A stretch of 32,000 bases of DNA from Aliivibrio fischeri ES114 (GTDB lineage Bacteria; Pseudomonadota; Gammaproteobacteria; Enterobacterales; Vibrionaceae): NCBI RefSeq assembly GCF_000011805.1, contig NC_006840.2, one strand, 5' to 3'. Below, one piece after another: positions 29,653 to 32,000 of the stretch. A program made the position numbers and the translations under genes. The stretch's first letter is position 1. Each line of letters begins with the position of its first letter. The notes beneath the pieces were generated by a model that did no database searches, was not told the origin of the DNA, and worked only from the letters and a program-made list of their open reading frames with translations.

Positions 29653-29702
29653 ACGTATTTTGATTGCTAAAATACGTATTTGCTTTTGATATAAAAGCAA
29701 AT
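29653..29702. repeat. Two abutting perfect AT-rich hairpins (9-bp and 10-bp stems)
   Basis: Hairpin 1: ACGTATTTT (29653-29661), loop GATTGCT, AAAATACGT (29669-29677). Hairpin 2: ATTTGCTTTT (29678-29687), loop GATAT, AAAAGCAAAT (29693-29702). There is no gap between them. Confidence 0.85.
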
Positions 29703-29839
29703 AAAAGGAAGGTACCCTGAGGTATCACGAATCATAGGGGTTGCGGTCTATTTTTATAGTCCCGTGACACAAGGATGCGACACGTTTTGTTTTGTCGCAA
29801 ACTCAGAGAACCTGAGTCGATTTTGAGGTTTATATAAAC

Positions 29840-31138
29840 ATGCAAGTTACCGTTGAAACTAAAGAAGGCCTAGAGCGCGTTCTAACTATCACTGTTCCAG
29901 CAGCAAACATTGAAGATGCAGTATCTGCTGAGCTTCGTAATATCGCTAAAAATCGTCGCTTCGATGGCTTCCGTAAAGGTAAAGTGCCAATGAAGATGGT
30001 TGCGAAAATGTATGGTCAAGCGGTACGCAATGACGTGATGGGTGAAGTTATGCAACGTCACTTCATCGAAGCTATCGTAAAAGAGAAAATCAACCCAGCG
30101 GGTGCTCCAACTTTTACTCCAGTTGAATTTGCTGAAGGTAAAGATCTAGTTTTCACTGCTTCTTTTGAAGTTTACCCAGAAGTTGCTCTTCAAGGTCTAG
30201 ACAAAGTTGTTGTTGAAAAACCACAAGTTGAAGTTAAAGACGAAGACGTAGCAGAAATGCTAGAAACTCTACGTAAGCAACAATCTACTTGGGCTGACGC
30301 TGATATCGCTGCTGAAGACGGTACTCGCGCTACAATCAACTTTGTTGGTTCTATCGACGGTGAAGAGTTTGAAGGCGGTAAAGCTGAAAACTTCCCTCTA
30401 GAAATGGGCCAAGGTCGTATGATCCCTGGTTTTGAAGATGGCATCAAAGGTAAGAAAGCTGGTGAAGAACTAACTATCGACGTTAACTTCCCTGAAGAAT
30501 ACCACGCAGAAAACCTAAAAGGTAAAGCTGCACAATTCGCTATCAAAGTAGTGAAAGTTGAATCTCGTGAGCTTCCTGAGCTAAACGATGAGTTCGTTGC
30601 TAAGTTCGGCGCTGAAGGTGGTGTTGAAGGTCTTAAAGCTGAAGTTCGTAAGAACATGGAGCGTGAACTAGCTCAAGCTGTTAAGAACAAGATCAAAGAA
30701 CAAGCAATCAACGGTCTAGTTGAGCAAAACAACATTGACGTACCTTCTGCTCTAATCGATCAAGAAGTTCAAGTTTTACGTCAACAAGCAGTTCAACGTT
30801 TCGGTGGCAACGCTGACACAGCTCCTGAGCTTCCACGTGAACTATTTGAAGAACAAGCTAAACGTCGCGTAGTTGTAGGTCTTCTTCTTGGTGAAGTTAT
30901 CAAGTCTGAAGAACTAAAAGCTGATGATGAGAAAGTAAAAGCGCTTATCAACGAAATGGCTTCTGCATACGAAGATCCAACAGAAGTTGTTGCTTACTAC
31001 GAAGGCAACGAGCAAATGATGAACAACATGCGTAATGTTGCTCTAGAAGAACAAGCTGTTGAAGCTATCCTAGCTAAAGCACAAGTTTCTGAAAAAGCAT
31101 TTGGCTTTAACGAACTAATGAATCAACAACCTGCTTAA
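29840..31138 (+). CDS. tig: Trigger factor (ribosome-associated PPIase chaperone)
   Basis: 432 aa with the N-terminal ribosome-binding signature ([11 protein letters not shown]) and a central FKBP domain (GGKAENF...MIPGFEDG). It shows strong highly-expressed codon bias and precedes clpP-clpX as in E. coli. Confidence 0.97.
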   Translation: MQVTVETKEGLERVLTITVPAANIEDAVSAELRNIAKNRRFDGFRKGKVPMKMVAKMYGQAVRNDVMGEVMQRHFIEAIVKEKINPAGAPTFTPVEFAEGKDLVFTASFEVYPEVALQGLDKVVVEKPQVEVKDEDVAEMLETLRKQQSTWADADIAAEDGTRATINFVGSIDGEEFEGGKAENFPLEMGQGRMIPGFEDGIKGKKAGEELTIDVNFPEEYHAENLKGKAAQFAIKVVKVESRELPELNDEFVAKFGAEGGVEGLKAEVRKNMERELAQAVKNKIKEQAINGLVEQNNIDVPSALIDQEVQVLRQQAVQRFGGNADTAPELPRELFEEQAKRRVVVGLLLGEVIKSEELKADDEKVKALINEMASAYEDPTEVVAYYEGNEQMMNNMRNVALEEQAVEAILAKAQVSEKAFGFNELMNQQPA

Positions 31139-31192
31139 TTTCTAAATTAATTAAGTAGTTAGTTGACTTAGTTTCACAAGATCTGCTAATAA

Positions 31193-31228
31193 TGGTCCGA
31201 ATGAAGCGTCATTCGGACCATTTATTTT
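31193..31228 (+). terminator. Terminator/attenuator hairpin between tig and clpP
   Basis: A perfect 12-bp stem: TGGTCCGAATGA (31193-31204), loop AGCG, TCATTCGGACCA (31209-31220), followed by TTTATTTTAT. Confidence 0.7.
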
Positions 31229-31243
31229 ATAAGGGATACGGTT

Positions 31244-31867
31244 ATGAGCTATCAAGAAAACAATGCAATGCCTTCTATTATGGATGCACTTGTTCCTATG
31301 GTTGTTGAGCAAACTTCACGTGGTGAGCGTTCGTATGATATTTATTCCCGTCTGTTAAAAGAGCGAGTTATCTTTTTAACAGGTCAAGTTGAAGATCACA
31401 TGGCTAACCTAGTTGTAGCACAGTTGCTTTTCCTTGAGTCTGAGAACCCTGATAAGGATATCTTCCTATACATTAATTCTCCAGGTGGTTCTGTTACTGC
31501 GGGTATGTCTATTTACGACACAATGCAGTTCATCAAGCCAAACGTGAGTACAGTATGTATGGGTCAAGCATGTTCTATGGGTGCCTTCTTACTTGCAGGT
31601 GGTGCTCCTGGTAAGCGTTATGTATTACCAAATTCACGTGTGATGATTCACCAACCACTAGGTGGTTTCCAAGGCCAAGCGTCTGATATTCAAATTCATG
31701 CTCAAGAAATCTTAACGATTAAGAAGAAATTGAATACGTTGCTTGCAGAGCACACAGGTCAGCCTTTGGAAGTGATTGAACAAGATACAGATCGTGATAA
31801 TTTCATGTCAGCAGATGATGCTGTGAAATACGGTCTTGTAGATGCTGTGTTAAATAAGCGTGACTAA
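31244..31867 (+). CDS. clpP: ATP-dependent Clp protease proteolytic subunit
   Basis: 207 aa, near-identical over long stretches to remembered E. coli ClpP ([35 protein letters not shown]). The catalytic Ser (GQACSMGAF), His (VMIHQP) and Asp are present. Confidence 0.97.
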   Translation: MSYQENNAMPSIMDALVPMVVEQTSRGERSYDIYSRLLKERVIFLTGQVEDHMANLVVAQLLFLESENPDKDIFLYINSPGGSVTAGMSIYDTMQFIKPNVSTVCMGQACSMGAFLLAGGAPGKRYVLPNSRVMIHQPLGGFQGQASDIQIHAQEILTIKKKLNTLLAEHTGQPLEVIEQDTDRDNFMSADDAVKYGLVDAVLNKRD

Positions 31868-31953
31868 TTCATAAAAAAGCAGTAACGTTTACAGCAAAGA
31901 AGGTAAGTTAGTATAAACTTACAGCATAAAGGCAACGTTTAAGAGGTTAGCAA

Positions 31954-32000
31954 ATGACAGACAAGCGTAAAGACGAAAATAGTGGAAAGTTACTATATTG
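31954..32000 (+). CDS. clpX: ATP-dependent Clp protease ATP-binding subunit ClpX, first 15 complete codons (continues beyond the window)
   Basis: MTDKRKDENSGKLLY matches the ClpX N-terminus leading into the zinc-binding domain. Its position after clpP is as expected. Confidence 0.85.
   Translation, partial: MTDKRKDENSGKLLY

Noticed and set aside
30190-30657. 155-aa ORF antisense to tig. The same applies to the other track ORFs that lie antisense within or overlapping real genes: 3503-3775, 4341-4616, 4547-4786, 5534-5740, 6894-7100, 8942-9193, 9772-10128, 11292-11525, 13315-13521, 20211-20531, 20238-20429, 22647-22832, 22988-23179, 24670-24855, 26280-26516, 27070-27255 and 29032-29295.
   Set aside because: Each is fully embedded in, or overlaps, a gene with clear family motifs. 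Their products are low-complexity (Ser, Pro or Leu-rich) with no SD or recognisable domain. This is the typical shadow-frame artefact of codon-biased genes.
31163-31192. Possible clpP promoter: TTGACT, an 18-bp spacer, then TAATAA, overlapping the start of the tig terminator hairpin. I also looked for a sigma-32 motif for clpP.
   Set aside because: The spacer is non-optimal and the -10 is poor. I found no CCCCAT-type -10 element in the 105-bp tig-clpP gap, so no promoter call is made there.

Overview
This window is a syntenic, housekeeping-dominated stretch of a low-GC Vibrionaceae chromosome. The toxR-toxS pair divergent from htpG, followed by adk-hemH, is diagnostic of the family, and the AT-richness looks Aliivibrio/Photobacterium-like. 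GC was judged by eye only. All homology calls come from motifs and remembered family sequences, since no search could be run.

Gene order:
- prmC (5'-truncated)-sirB2-sirB1-kdsA
- Reverse strand: cobA, then nirC-nirD-nirB with an FNR-type site
- A dCache MCP
- The lipoprotein 5'-nucleotidase ushA
- smrA
- tRNA-Pro(UGG)
- The copper module copG-copA divergent from cueR, with a textbook MerR-type promoter carrying a 19-bp spacer
- cnoX (ybbN)
- ybbO
- proXWV
- yfcH and yfcE
- toxSR
- htpG (sigma-32 promoter)
- adk, hemH, tig, clpP, and the first 15 complete codons of clpX

I see no transposase, integrase, phage gene, CRISPR array, toxin-antitoxin pair of normal size or defence-island signature. 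I do not think a large undescribed multi-gene system is present.

What the standard features do not explain is all small-scale:
1. An unlisted 24-codon single-TM ORF lies tightly between copA and copG.
2. A perfect (CCCTAGT)x6 heptamer array contains the copG stop codon.
3. An unlisted 21-codon hydrophobic ORF between ybbO and cnoX has its own SD and terminator.
4. The 341-bp hemH-tig spacer carries a strong sigma-32-like promoter match and two abutting perfect hairpins.
5. A weak candidate CopA(Z)-type recoding site sits at the Pro-Lys position homologous to the E. coli copA frameshift site.

All five are hypotheses that need comparative or experimental checks.
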